From: Octopus vulgaris
Lineage: Eukaryota
Direction of reading: 5' to 3'
Length of the DNA stretch: 64,000 nucleotides
Assembly: GCA_951406725.2 (NCBI GenBank)
Contig: OX597835.1
Span: 682,001-746,000 of the forward strand
Part shown: positions 1 to 12,984 of the stretch, piece after piece
Position numbering within the stretch: the stretch's first letter is position 1
Layout of the letters: the number at the start of each line of letters is the position of its first letter
Made by a program: the position numbers and the translations under genes
Notes under the pieces: model-generated
Database searches by the model: none
Told to the model about the DNA's origin: nothing
What the model saw: the letters and a program-made list of their open reading frames with translations, nothing else

Positions 1-730
1 CTACCTCATAGGGAAGAGAAAGGAGTTTTTTTGAAAATCTCTATTTTTTCACGTCTCCTGCCCACCACCTTTTCCCCAATTCTGTTTCCTATCCATGCAA
101 CGTGAGAATGGTGAGAATATTTTAAAACTGCCAAATCGAGTTCATAACATGGACTCGATTTTTGGTTACAATCTAAATGCCTTTGGACATAATTCTATGT
201 CCTCTAAAATTCTTAAGTTTTATCTTCCCAAGGCATTTGGCAGATTCGTGATAGAGAGTGAAAATGCTTCTTAAAATATAATCCTGTGGCAATTAAAACG
301 CTAAAAAATACAACATCCAGAATCAACATTGTTAAAATCTCAGATTTATTGTAATTTTATTCGCAGTTAGGATGTTTGATGAGAATATAAATTCATCTCA
401 ATACACAACTGCTATTTTTATCGTTCCGGAAATATGACAGGACCTATTTTTGTAAGCGTTTCAGAGTGTTTATATAAATTTAATTTTATTCATTTTAATA
501 TAAGTTAAAGATATAATAAATCAATAGAATCATATGTTAATTTTTGTTTCTTCAATCTAAACTAGTTCTGTCTTCCTGAAAACGTCTACAAAAGAACAAA
601 CAAGCAAGAACATTCAATTTTCGTTTTCCGTCTTGAAAGGGTTTCGGCATTTATGTGTATCATTCGAGAAAGTTCCTCTTTCCAACTCCTGACAGGAGAG
701 CGAGAAGGAAGCAGCATTCGCCTCGGAACG

Positions 731-808
731 ATGGAACTGAAGGACCCGGAGAGATTCGATGGAATATTGCTGGGGATGGCCCAGCAGTGTGAACAAGGCG
801 TGCCCGAG
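731..808 (+). CDS. NUDC: NudC nuclear migration protein, coding exon 1 (MELKDPERFDGILLGMAQQCEQGVPE)
   Basis: ATG at 731; matches the NudC N-terminal motif ERFDGxLLxMAQQ; GT donor at 809; phase 0. Confidence 0.95.
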
Positions 809-2049
809 GTAAAACAAACTCTTACTAGCTTTTTACCGGCTAAATTTTAATGAAGACCCGTTCCTCGAGATTTCTCAATTGAGGCCACGAAACCGTTTCT
901 TAAAAGAAAGAAAGAAGTTCCTTTCTCGATTTCTTTTCTTTTGTCGAATCTTAAAAATTTCTCATTGAAATTCACTTGAAATGCGTAAATAAGTTATAAT
1001 GTTACCGTTAAAATGTTGGAAATTGAAACCTGAAAATAATAAAGTCAATGAGTTGAAGAAGGAGTCGAGTCGTATTTTTTCCGATCAAATCAATTTTATT
1101 CTCTCACATTTATAAAATGAAACAAGATCGATTCAACTATACATACATATATAAAATACATTATATATATACATATAAAATACATTGTGTATATAAATGT
1201 TCTCCGCTCTCCACGACATGTTCAAACTTGTTGATGGCTGAATTTTATTTGTAGTCATAAAACAACGGGCGACTGTTTACAATATTACCTGGAAACGAAA
1301 AGAAAAAAGATAATTGTCTTTTTGTTGAATCCCTATCAACCCATCTTAAAAATAGGAAAGTATTTTAGTTCGCTTGAAGAATTGTGCATTGTTTGTAGAG
1401 ACTAAAAACTTTTCAATGGTTCAACAATGCTCTGTAATAGAAACACTTGTTTGTGTTATAATGCATCGTTGTACCATTCAAAACTTTTTAGTCTTTACTA
1501 TCTTAACATTTTTTTTTTCACATCTAGGACTACAATTCAATGTTTCCTTCTTATTTTCTTCGGCCGAATTCCTTAGACTTTACTCGGTTGCAGCATTCAA
1601 CCTACATATCCGGTTTAAGGACAGCTTCCTTTCTCTCTTCCTGCTATAAACGTCGGAAGTCCTGAAAAAAAAAAACACGTGTCAGGGGCGCTCTGTATTC
1701 CCTTTAATTAAACAGGGTGAGGAAGAAGGATAAAAATATGAATACATTGAGTTGTGATTTGAGGTCGAGTTACAGAGACCACGTAGTGGGCGCCCTCGTA
1801 GTAGATTACAGAAGGACGAGAGACTAGGGCAGAATTATAATTCGTGTTGTATGAAATACAGGAATATTAAATAAGGAAGAAACCAAAACAACTTATTCTT
1901 TGCTGTTTCCTCTCCCCTCTGTTAGTAGTAGCTATTCCAAAACTCCACTGAATTTGTAACCTCATGTTTGAATCTGGTGTTTGGTTAGGGTTCCTGGAGC
2001 ACCCTCTCACTGCGTTTCAGTTTCTCTTCTTTACCATTTCTGATGAAGT

Positions 2050-2185
2050 AGCAAAATGGACGTAGCTGTTCTTTGTTTCCAGCAGCGATGTGGGTTCATC
2101 TGGTATCTTAGAAATTTGTCTTTGAAGACGTCCACGTCTACACCTTGCAAATCTTGGAGGTTGTTTGGCAGAATGGAGTCTTTGG
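2050..2185 (-). mobile_element. Decayed CR1/L2-group LINE C-terminal remnant
   Basis: ILPNNLQDLQGVDVDVFKDK/SKIPDEPT across a frameshift resembles CR1-group ORF2 ends. Confidence 0.4.
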
Positions 2186-2217
2186 TTCTATGCAGTGCTA
2201 TCCAGTTTATTGGAGGG

Positions 2218-2541
2218 TCAGTTTGGTGGTACTAGCAACGGCCACGCCCAAATGGTGCTTTTTACGTGCCACCTGCACGTATTATATATATATATATATA
2301 TAATATATATTGTATGTGCTGGTGGAACGTAAAAAGCACCATCCGATCGTGGCCATTTGCCAGCTTCGTTTGGCACGTAAAAAGCACCCACTACACATGG
2401 AGTGGTTGGCATTAGGAAGGGCATCCAGCCGTAGAAACATTGCCAGATCAGACTGGGCCTGGTGCAGCCTTCTGGCTTCCCAGACCCCAGTTGAACCATC
2501 CAACCCATGCTAGCATGGAAAGCGGACGGTAAACGATGATG
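2218..2541 (+). mobile_element. RTE 3'-end-only copy (truncated LINE or partner SINE)
   Basis: Matches the RTE 3' UTR (15601-15900), CCATGCTAGCATGG palindrome and (GAT)n tail; other copies at 7895-8070(-), 12868-12916, 18680-18733(-), 30010-30230, 42635-42892, 52504-52551(-). Confidence 0.85.
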
Positions 2542-2944
2542 ATATATTGTGTGTCTTGGTATATATATATGCATGCACACACACACACACAGAGTTGTTT
2601 GTCTAATAAAAACACCTAGTCTGTTTTCCTGGTTCATTTAGGGAGGTATGCCAATGTAAGCTAGAGTTATCCTTGAATGAGAATTTTATTATTGCTAGTG
2701 TCATCAAGCTTGCACAGTGCTTGGTGATAGAAAAGATTCTAGGATTTGCACGCCAATGCCCCAAGTCTGTTCCCAGTAGTGAGTATTTTACTGAGATGTT
2801 TTTATGACATCAGTCTTCTAATCTGATAGCATTGTTTCCTCCAGATATAGAAAGAGATAAAGATAGATATCGAGATAGAGATATGCGTGAAAAGCATGTT
2901 TTAAAAACAAAATTAATCAAAATTCTTTTTTTCTTTCTTGACAG

Positions 2945-3016
2945 TTGATGGATTACTTTTTCCATTTTCTCGTCCGAAAAACAGATTTTTATAGTCAATC
3001 AGAAACTGCTGAGAAG
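2945..3016 (+). CDS. NUDC: NudC exon 2 (LMDYFFHFLVRKTDFYSQSETAEK)
   Basis: Pyrimidine tract + CAG acceptor, GT donor at 3017; FFxFLxRKTDF is the NudC-N signature; absent from the ORF track. Confidence 0.95.
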
Positions 3017-3084
3017 GTTTGTATGAGATTATTTTTGGAATTCATCTGAAGTAATTATACATATTGTAGTGGTATTACTTTCAC

Positions 3085-3571
3085 TTCCCAATGCTAAGGT
3101 CTTGGGTTTGACTTCGCCGGGTGAAGTTCAGGGAAATGTGGAGCGTTGTTATATGGGAAAATGTTCTCATTGAAGATGAAAGGAAAGGTCTATAGGAGTT
3201 GCATGAGAGCTGCAATGCTGTATGGGAGTGAGAAATGTGTGGGGTGAAGCTGTTTGATAAGAAGAGGAGGACTGAGGACTTGATGGGGATGCTGGGGTTT
3301 GAGGAATTGATGGAACGGCTGGCAAGGGTGAATGGAGTGTGGTGGTATGGGCATGTGTTGAGGAGGGTTCTAGAGTTTGAGGCAAATGGACCATGAAAGC
3401 GAGGTAGACTGGAGGAAAATGTGGAGGGGACAGGTGGAAGAGAAGATTGAGAAGGGAAGACGCCCAAAACCGGGCGAGATGGTGTGAGGGCAGTTGCTAT
3501 GGCATTGAGGTAGATCAGGTCACCCCTGTTAACTGGGACAAAACCCGGATTTAAGACACATGATGATGATG
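3085..3571 (+). mobile_element. 3' fragment of a second, older RTE family
   Basis: Decayed AMLYGSE…LARVNGVWWYGHVLR…KRGR; ends in (TGA)n. Confidence 0.65.
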
Positions 3572-4284
3572 AGTACTGGAGTTGATGTAATTGATTGGTC
3601 CCTTCCCTTCAAATTTCAGCTGACAGAATCGTTAGCATGCTGGACAAAATGCTTAGCAGCATTTCATCTGTCTTTATGTTCTGGGTTCAAATTCCGCTGA
3701 GGTTGACTTTGCTTTCATCCTTTCGGGGTTGATGAAATAAGTACCAGTTGAGCACTTGGCTCGATGTAATCAAATAGCTCTCTCCTCCAAAATTTCAGGC
3801 CTTGTGCCTATGGTAGAAAGGTTTATTATTATCTAAGTTAAAATCCAGAAAATGTAGAAGTAGCATTAATATAATTTATTAACTGCAAAAATTTAACATG
3901 TTCTCTTACAGCTGTTTCGATTTTGCCCAAAAGAATTAAATTAACAGTAATTTAAACATTTTATTGGGTAAAATCTCGTCAGGGGTAAAAAAGACATCAT
4001 TAGGTTATTATGTGTTATTCTTCCAAAACATTTCAATAGACTGAATCTCATTTAATTATTAATATTGGTCTAAACCTTGGCCAGTGGGGTAATAGGTTGT
4101 ATAAGGGTAATAATTGGTAAATAAATGTTTGTGAGTGACAGTAAAAATAGTGTCATATGAGAATAAATCAGTGATAAGTTTTATAATTTGTTTTAAGAAA
4201 TTGATTGAATTAATATGAAAACTAGATAAAGCACAAAATAATCATAGTCAGAAAGGACCTCAGTCTTATGATACACAGTGCATG

Positions 4285-4650
4285 AAGGCGCATGGCTCAG
4301 TGGTTAGAGTGTCGAGCTTATGATTGTGAGGTTGTGAGTTCGATTCCCAGACGGGGCTGCATATTGTTTTCTTGAGCCAAACAATTTCTTTAGTTCGTGT
4401 TGCTCCAGTTCACTCAGCTGTAGAAATGAGTTGCGATGTCACTGGTGCCAAGCTGTATCGGCCCCTTTGCCTTTCCCTTGGAGAACATCAGTGGCACGGA
4501 GAGGGGAGGCTGGCATGCATGGGCAACTGCTGGTCTTCCATACAAACAACCATAGGTTGTGCGTTCGCTGGTGAGGCGACTGTCCGCTCAGGCTTGTACC
4601 CCGGAGAGGAACTTCTAAGGTCCACCCATGGTCATTCGTGACCGATGGAA
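4285..4650 (+). mobile_element. tRNA-derived SINE family C; related copies at 21705-21980(-), 29479-29790, 51404-51690, 59505-59797
   Basis: A-box TGGCTCAGTGG, B-box GAGTTCGATTCC, then conserved cttgagcaa…cactcagctg…aatgagt domain. Confidence 0.75.
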
Positions 4651-4701
4651 TGGAGTTTCTATAATATACACACATATGCATGCATACGCATTGAAGATAT
4701 A

Positions 4702-4992
4702 CACTACCGTCAGAAATTAATTAGCACCCTTGATTTGCTCTTCACTCAAGGTATGTGCTGTCACCTAGTGGCCATATCTCGAACTATTGCTTTGTTGCGA
4801 GTTCACTGTTGCGCAGAACGATGACGTAACTTTGTTTGCAGAGCAGTTTGAGAGTCTACAGCCTTATGATGTTGACATAGCAGTGCAACAACAACTTGGA
4901 GTGCGGATGCAGACAAATCTTCCTTTGTTTAATAGATATAACCTATTTAATGTAGAAATTTGAAAAGTGCTAATTAATTTCTGACGCAAGTG
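4702..4992. mobile_element. Tc1/mariner-type MITE
   Basis: ~26-bp TIRs CACTACCGTCAGAAATTAATTAGCAC / GTGCTAATTAATTTCTGACGCAAGTG with TA on both sides. Confidence 0.85.
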
Positions 4993-5919
4993 TACAGTGT
5001 CGATATGCATATATGTAAAAATTCATACACACAAACAGTGGGTACAGATACGTATGTATAAAGTACTCTCACAAAAATTTTTTATATCTGCATATAGATA
5101 CCCATACGCACATACTCATTCATGTATCTACACATATACTTATGCATTAATACATAATTTTAAAAAAAAATTACATTTAACACATAGTTTTCTATATATT
5201 TATACACGTACTTGTTATATGAACATATATTCATACATATATAATCGAGAATTACATGTACGAAAACAAAATATACGTATGTACATTGCAAAACAATTCT
5301 TTCACCTCTATCGAAGAATTGATATCAATCAAGTCGAGACAAAACAATTTGATTGGCTAAATATTTTAAACTAGTTAGCGTTCCTATATTATCTAATGGA
5401 AAATAAAAATGCTTTGTTTGCAAGATTGAAAAAGTTACTTATGTGTCAGTCGCTTCTAGCTTTAATAATTAAAAAAGGTAAAAACTGAGTTAATAGGTAA
5501 GGGGAAGTAATTATTATGTATGCAAGAAATTTATAATTATAGCTACATACATGCAATATACACATGTATCTACAATCTAAAAACTTATCCATGTCAGTTT
5601 ATACTTATACAAGCAGAAACATACATACCCACGTTTGCATTTACATAGGTTCCTTATATATCAAAAGTACACATAAATTAGTTCATACTGTTAAATGCAT
5701 ATACATTAATATATACATTCACACATGCCCACCATATATATAAAAAAAAGGGTATTTATATAATTAAGGACATAAATAAATTTATATATATATATATAAA
5801 AATACAAAAATTATATATAGAAATTATCAATTCTATTTACTATTCCTTAAGGTGGTTATTTTAACCTCTACTTAATTTATTTACTATTACTACTGCTACT
5901 ACAAATTGTTTCATTGTAG

Positions 5920-6135
5920 ATGGTGATGGAGAAATTTAATTATTACAAAACTAAGAGCACTTACTATCAAGATGAAAAGAAACAAAAGGCTGAAGAGAAG
6001 AGGAGAGCTGCTGAAGAGAAAAAGAGGGCCGCTGAAAAGAAGGCTAAGGAGGAGGCAGAAAAAGCAGCAAGGGAGTCAAAAGTGCAAGAAATCACTGATG
6101 AAGAAGCAGAACAACTACAGAAAGAAATAGACAAT
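5920..6135 (+). CDS. NUDC: NudC exon 3, coiled coil (…KVQEITDEEAEQLQKEIDN)
   Basis: TAG acceptor, GTAAG donor at 6136; ExTDEEAExLQxEID is conserved in NudC. Confidence 0.95.
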
Positions 6136-6769
6136 GTAAGTAAAATTTAATCTTCAAGCTGTTGTGTAACCACATGCTTCAAGATTTTGATTCCACTGCG
6201 TGGCACCTTGGGCAAGTGTGTTCCATTGTAATCTTATGTTGACTTTGGTAGAAACCATGCATAAATCTGCCAGATGTCCTCAAGTCTGTTTTAGTCATTA
6301 CAACCCTGGCCATACTGGGTCAATGTGCATGTGTGCGGAGGTATGGCTATGTGGTTACAATATTTGCTTTGCAACCACGTTTCCGAGTTCTATTCACTGT
6401 GTGTTAACTTAAGCAAGTGTCTTCTATAGTCTCCAGCTGACTGATGCCTTGTGAATAAAATTTGGTTGCTAGAAATTGTGAAGCCAATTGTGTATGTATT
6501 TAGGTATATAAATGGCTGTATAGTTAAGAAGTTTGCATCCCAGTCATGTGATTTCAAGTTCAGTTTCACTGTTGGGCAAGTGACTTCTACTGTAGCCCTG
6601 GGCCAACCAAAGTTTTGGTTTTGGTAAATGAAAGTTGGAAATAATGCAGTGTGTGTGTCTCGTGTCTTATACACACGCATGTGCACCTTTGTTTTGGGAT
6701 CACCACTACTTTATTATCTCCCCTTCTTCCTATCTCTCCTGTATGACCCCTCTGTCTGGCATTCGCCAT

Positions 6770-6935
6770 TATAAATCGCTAGCCACTACACATTCTTTAT
6801 TTTCTCTCCTTGTTTCTTTCTGAGGAAGAGCGTAGGCTCGAAACGTTAAAGATTTCACTTCCCGACCATTAAACTAATACATCTGTTTGTTGTCTACACC
6901 ACCTGTCTTCGTCTTGTTTTTTTGTGAATTCTCTC
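6770..6935 (+). mobile_element. Short TA-associated repeat carrying a minimal hammerhead-like motif; copies at 9045-9195(-) and 52947-53120(-)
   Basis: Three alignable copies, each abutting (TA)n; CTGAGGA-A-GAGC-GTAG-GCTC-GAAACGTTA. Confidence 0.65.
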
Positions 6936-6942
6936 TCTCCCT

Positions 6943-7017
6943 CTATATATATATATAAAGTGTACATATGTTTATATATATATGTGTGTGTGTGTACATT
7001 TATATATGTACATATAC

Positions 7018-7068
<51 letters not shown>

Positions 7069-7205
7069 ACTATATATATATATATACATGTATACTAGTA
7101 TATATATATACATGCCCCAGCATGGCCACAGCTCAAGAGCTGAAACTGGAAAACATATACATATATACATATATATATATGCTTATATATATAAATATAT
7201 AACAC

Positions 7206-7238
<33 letters not shown>

Positions 7239-7324
7239 TGCACATACACACAAATATATATACATATATATACATACACAAATTTATGTGCATATATCTC
7301 TATATATATAAATACACACACGAA

Positions 7325-7391
<67 letters not shown>
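6943..7391. repeat. Compound (TA)/(CA)/(TG) microsatellite
   Basis: Direct inspection. Confidence 0.9.
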
Positions 7392-7394
<3 letters not shown>

Positions 7395-7489
7395 CACAGG
7401 AGAGGCTGTGCAGTAAGTAGCTTGCTTACCAGCTACATGGCTCCGGGTTTAGTTCCACTGCATGGCATCTTGGACAAGTGTCTTCTACT

Positions 7490-9031
7490 ATGTGTGTGTT
7501 TGTTAGCTTTTCATGCATATCTCTCTCTCTGTATCTATCTTTATCTCTCTCTATATCTTATTTGTCTAACTAGCTAACTTTCTCTCTCCCTCTCAGTATA
7601 TCTCACTCACTCTCTATTGTTTTTACTGTAAGTTTTCAATCGTTATTTACAAACAACAACAGCAAATTACTGAAAGAAAGAAGTTCACAATTACTGATGA
7701 AAGTAATTTCATACAGAATTCACTGACAGAAGTAACTTCTTAAATTTCACTTCAATCCGTACACTTTGTTGAACTTGCCTACAAATTTCTCATTTACTTT
7801 TGCAACGTTTTTTTGTTGTTGATGAAATTACTGATAAAAGTAAGTTCGTAATTTATTGACAGAAGTAACTGAAAAAATTTCACTTAAATCTGTACATCAT
7901 CATCATCATCGTTTAACGTCCGTTTTCCATGCTAGCATGGGTTGGACGGTTTGACCGCGGTCTGGGAATCCAGGAGGCTGCACCAGGCCCAGTCTGATCT
8001 GGCAGTGTTTCTACAGCTGGATGTCCTTCCTAACGCCAACCACTCCGTGAGTGTAGTGGGTGCTTTTTAGTTAATTTCCGTAAAAATTTCTTATTTAATT
8101 ACTGCCCATCGTTTTAAGAAATATAATTTCCGTTACCCAGTTATTTTCATTGTTTACTATCTACTGCACCTGTGTATTTCTGTATATAACCATACCTAGA
8201 AGAAAAGTGTCAAATTTGTCTACAATGTCAAGGTCAGCCAAAAGAATGTCTCTGTCCAGGGAAGGAGACACAGCTGCAGAAAAGGAAGCATCCTAAGAAA
8301 TGAACAGACTGTGCACTATGAAAGGAAGAGCATCTCAAAGTGGCCGAAGGAAGAGCAGTTGCAACGGCTCAGAGAAGCAACTTCTCTGAAGCAGCTTTCA
8401 ATTACGATCCAGCAGTTCATTCTGCAGATGACACTAGAGTGCATACATTGGTGCAATCACAACTGAGTGCATACATTGTAAAGCAAGGAAGTGGCCTCGA
8501 GAGACACCTGCTCTGTGCTGCAGTGGTGGAAAGGTTCAACTCCCTGCAATCCCCCAACTTCCAGAGCCATTGAAGAAACTGTTGTCATCAACTGCCCAAG
8601 ATTCCAAGCACTTCCAAAACAAAATTATACAATGCTGCACTATAGATGACCTAATTTGGAGCCACAGGAGATTTAACTGAGCCAGGATTCATGCAAACTT
8701 TCAAGATCCAAGGTCAGGTTTATCATCGGATTGGCTCTCTACTACCTCTGTCAAGTGAATCACCAAAATTGGCCTCTCATTGTTGATAATCTGTACCTGT
8801 TTTTTGGTTACGAAATAAGCTACGCAAAACGTGTTTTTGAATTACGTATTTATATACATGATTTTAACATTTCACTTAATCACTACGTTCCATACTGTCA
8901 CGGGTCATAGAGTTTATTAATGTAGAAAGTTGGTGTCTCAGCTACTAGCAATTGAGACCCGTGTAATCTAGACAGCGCTTTTAAATTTCATTATTCTCTT
9001 TAACCTGAGCAATACTGGGTATATCTCCTAG
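7490..9031 (+). mobile_element. Internally deleted Helitron retaining the RepHel N-terminus (5' boundary approximate)
   Basis: 8390-8770 encodes AAFNYDP, CIHCKARKWPRETPALCCSGGKVQLP…PEPLKKLL…SKHF, GFMQTFKIQGQVYHRIGSLLP; decayed 3' hairpin then CTAG|T at 9028-9032. Confidence 0.85.
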
Positions 9032-9269
9032 TATATATATATATGGGGAGAGTTCACAAAAAAAACAAAACAAAAGATGAAGACAGGTGGTGTAGACAAC
9101 AAACAGATGTATTAGTTTAACGCGTGGGAAGTTAAAACGTCTTTAACGTTTCAAGCCTACGCTCTTCCTCAGAGAGAAACAGGAAGAGAAAATACATATA
9201 TATATATATATATAGGTTGCTAAGGGCAAGTTAACTCCAACCATAGCAATACTCTATATTTCTCTCATC

Positions 9270-9970
9270 TGGCTTCTATCTGATCTGCTAAAGTTTCTAC
9301 AGCTGGATGCCCTTTCTAACACCAACCACTCTGAGAGAGTAGCGGGTGCTTTTCACATGCCACCAGCATAAGGGCCAGTCAGGCGGCACTGGCAATGACC
9401 ATACTCAAATGGTGCTTTTTACGTGCTACCGGCATAGGTGCCAATCAAGTGGTACTCTCATTGGCCATGACAATGACTTCACTTGACTCAACAGGTCTTA
9501 GCAAGTGCAGTGTATTGCCCAGTGATTGAAGTGTACTCTGAAATGAGCTGGTTATGCTGCACTGTCATAGGTCAAGGTTACAATCTCACTTGGTTTGCCA
9601 GGTCTTCTCAAGCACAGCATATCTCCAAAGGTCTCAGTCACTTGTCATCGCCTCGGTGAGGCCTATTGTTCAAACCTCATCCCAGGTCTTTCTGGGTCTG
9701 TCTCTTCTACAGGTTCCCTCTACTGCTACAGTGTGATACTTTTTCACACAGCTGTCCCCCCCATCCATTCTCGTCACATGACCATACCAGCACAGTTGTC
9801 TCTCTTGCACACCACATCTGATGCTTCTTACGTCTAACTTTTTCCTCAGAGCATTTATACTCTGTCGCGCATGCACACTGACATTACACATCCATCGGAT
9901 CGTACTAGCTTCACTCCTTGCAAGCTTGTGCATGTCCTCAGCAGTCATGGCCCATGTTTTACTCGTGTAT
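9270..9970 (-). mobile_element. 3' fragment of the same RTE family
   Basis: TWAMTAEDMHKLARSEAS…WYGHVTRM…RPRKTWDEV parallels 16052..16465, followed by the shared 3' UTR. Confidence 0.88.
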
Positions 9971-10061
9971 TTCAAACTGTTCTATGTTAATTCTTTTCTG
10001 ATATTTGAGAAGATCTTTAGTTTTCGTCATTCAAATTCAAATTTTTGTATTTTCTTTACAG

Positions 10062-10109
10062 CAAAAGAACAAAGTAACAAATGGAGACGAAAGCAAAGCT
10101 GATGAAAAT
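10062..10109 (+). CDS. NUDC: NudC exon 4, 48-nt linker exon (QKNKVTNGDESKADEN)
   Basis: tttctttacag acceptor, GTAAGT donor, phase 0/0, open frame; lies in the variable linker. Confidence 0.8.
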
Positions 10110-11238
10110 GTAAGTCCTTTTTCCTTATCTCTCTTTTCATTTTCTCTTCTGTTTGCTTTCTGTACTTTGCCATTACTGAGTTAGTCCACAACATTTATCA
10201 ATAAAGTACCTCTGACAGCCGAATTGATAGACTGGAGCACAAACTGATATTTAGAAGCTGAAGATGCTATTTCAAAGATTTTTCAGCATTACCTGAAAAG
10301 AAAATATATTCTAGATTTAGCAATGTGTTAGCTCCAATCGATTCTTTTAAAATTCTTTCAAAGCTGAAATATTCCAAATTCAACAGATTCTTTGTCATCC
10401 GATTCTGGCCTCCTTCCCCTGTAATATATCTTTGCTAATCATAAATAAACCTCTACAATAAAATGTCTGACTTGCTGCTGGAGCAGCTGGTATAAAAGCA
10501 AAGCAACAACAATGTAAATGATAAGTACCGGTAATATCTCACGTTTTATCTTTAACTTTCAGCAGCTGTTTGCTGTTGTTTTGTTGAAATATTCCCTACT
10601 AATAAGTCTACCATGTGATGTGATATTTATATAAACACTATTTCACATCCATACCACTTTAACCAGATCTTTCCAGTTCTAGTCATCTGTCTCCATTATC
10701 ACTAATGTTACTAGCAAACATCTGTTTAGCCATTCATCTGTTGATGGTTCTTTGAATGGTATTAGCTCAGAGAGCACGTGTTTTGATTATTTTCACTGTA
10801 TCTTATTAGAAAAGAATCGACCCTTTAGCATTCAAACTAGCCATATCTGGCCCAAATACTCTTCCTCTTTTATGCTCAAATCAGCCAGATCCTATCTCTT
10901 ATACCTACCCTACAATGTCATTTTAAAAATAAACAGTTATATCAAAATTCTTGAAGCACCAAGATAATGCATGATTAATGAAAACCAATGTGAATAAAGA
11001 AGCAATACAATTGACAGAGTGATCTGAGTGCTAAAGGATTAAAATCTAATTCCTAGCAATGTTTTAGAAAATAATTTCAGATTAAACTGTGAAGGTTCCT
11101 ATGGAGAAGTTAGCATTTTATGTATGAAAAAAGTGATTAAAATAGGTGTCGTAATGGGATTTAATTTCAATTGAATTCACTTCCATAAATCTTAGAAATA
11201 AAATGCTTTTCTTATTTTTCTGTGTTTCCTGAACGCAG

Positions 11239-11364
11239 GATGATATGGATGGAGAAGATGGAGAAGGAGAAGATAAAGCAAAAAGTGACAAAATGAAACC
11301 GAATGTTGGCAATGGAGCCGACTTGCCAGATTACAAATGGACTCAGACCCTTGCGGATATAGAG
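11239..11364 (+). CDS. NUDC: NudC exon 5 (…KMKPNVGNGADLPDYKWTQTLADIE), start of CS/p23 domain
   Basis: CAG acceptor, GTGAG donor; KPNxGNGADLPxYxWTQTL signature. Confidence 0.96.
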
Positions 11365-11752
11365 GTGAGGAAATTTGATTTTTCTGTAGGCTTTATAATA
11401 GTTTATTTATTTTCTTCTTTACATAATCACTTGTTTCATCCCAAATAAATATCATCTGAAATTATTTTCAAGATTTACAAGCTTAGTTTTCAATTCTTCT
11501 ATATTATGTGGCTGATGGTTTTGTTAAAGAATATCCATAATTCTTACTCTTAGAATTCTCTATAGCACATGCCTTGTAGCTTTTTCATTATGTAGGCAAA
11601 GGAATGGCTGTGTGGTAAGAAGTTTGCTTCCCAACCGCATGGTTCCAGGTTCAGTCCCACTGTGTGGCACCTTGAGCAGGTGTTTTCTACTGTAATCTTG
11701 GGCCAACCAAAGCCTTGTTTTTTATATGCACACACACACACACACACACACA

Positions 11753-12984
11753 CAGCCATGACAAGTAAATAGACAATCGCATAAAGCATCATTTTATATT
11801 TAATCTTAACTTGTAAAGCTTTATATTTTTTTTATTAATTGACATTTTCATGTTTCAGGTTTTATATGTGACTGTTTAATCTTGCCATGTGGCCATGGAA
11901 CTATTTGAATTTCGAAGAGGCCGTATTGTGGGTCATTTTGAAGGTGGACATAGCGTAAAATCGCAGAAAACCTTGGGATCCTGCTTTTTATACTTAATAG
12001 ACTGATTGTGCAATTCATCAGAGAGAAGGAGTCCATACCACCTTGCCCAGATCAACCAGGGCCCTCTGACAGGACCTTTCTCTTTGCTAAGAGAAGTGTG
12101 GAGGATAATCTTCATTGCAAGGCCTCTGACATAGCTGAACAAGTTGATGTCAGTCCCAGAACAACTGTCAGGTATCTCCACAAACTTGGTTCTGATGGCA
12201 GAGCAGCAAGAAGGAAGCCACTTCTTCTTCAACCAGTCAACATCAAACAGAGAAAAGATTGGATCAGTGAGATGGTGGAGAGGCCACTAGCTTTTTGGGA
12301 CACTGTCATATTCTCTGATGAGTCCAGATTTGCTATATTTCCTCACAATGGTCAAGTGTGGATCTGGAGACTCTGTGATCAAGAATTTGATGTGAAAAGA
12401 ATGCAGCCAACAATGAGAAACACAACAGCTATTCTGTGATGGTCTGGGGAGCAATTTGGAGGAATGGTTGATCAGAGCTGATGGAGTGTGAGGAATTCAT
12501 AAATTCAGATAAATGTGTGTCCATATTGCAGAGAGGACTCCTTCCAATCTTTTCCAGTGGTGTAATGATTAAAGAAGACTCTCTATTTATAGAAGATGAC
12601 CCAAGATTTGTTGGATGAGAATGGCATTAAAAAGCATCCATGGTCAAGCCAGTCACCAGATATGAACCCTGTTGAACACTTCTGGAACATAATGGACAGG
12701 GCACTTCATAAAAAGAACAAGAAAAGCATAAAACTTGGCAAGAAATTCCACAAGTGAATATCCATCATCTGATTAGTAACATCCCTAATAGGGTCGGTCG
12801 TTGCATTGGGAAATGCAAAGGGCAGGTCTACTAAATATTAGATATTCACATTATAACAATTAATAGTCCAACCCCTGCTAGAATGGAAAGTGGACGTTAA
12901 ACGATGATGATGATGAATGTATAATTTCAGATTTAAAGAAATTTTAATGATTATAAGGGTGTCTATTTACTTCTGTCATGTCTG
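11753..12984 (+). mobile_element. Tc1/mariner DNA transposon, decayed
   Basis: TIRs CAGCCATGAC-AAGTAAATAGACA / TGTCTATTTACTTCTGTCATGTCTG; transposase remnants AARRKPLL, VIFSDESRF, MVWGAI, WSSQSPDMNPVEHFW; stops and frameshifts. Confidence 0.9.

Noticed and set aside
1-270. First exon of a divergent gene on -
   Set aside because: All ATG-initiated frames I checked stop quickly and nothing recognisable is encoded; cannot be supported within the window
653-730. Upstream in-frame ATG extending NudC
   Set aside because: Extension has no NudC similarity; ATG 731 aligns with the family N-terminus and has a purine at -3
1595-1660. Further decayed hammerhead-like motif (also near 51960-52010 on -)
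   Set aside because: Core nucleotides CUGANGA and GAAA are too mutated to call
4285-4360. tRNA gene
   Set aside because: A/B boxes present but no complete acceptor stem or terminator; continues into a SINE body found in several copies
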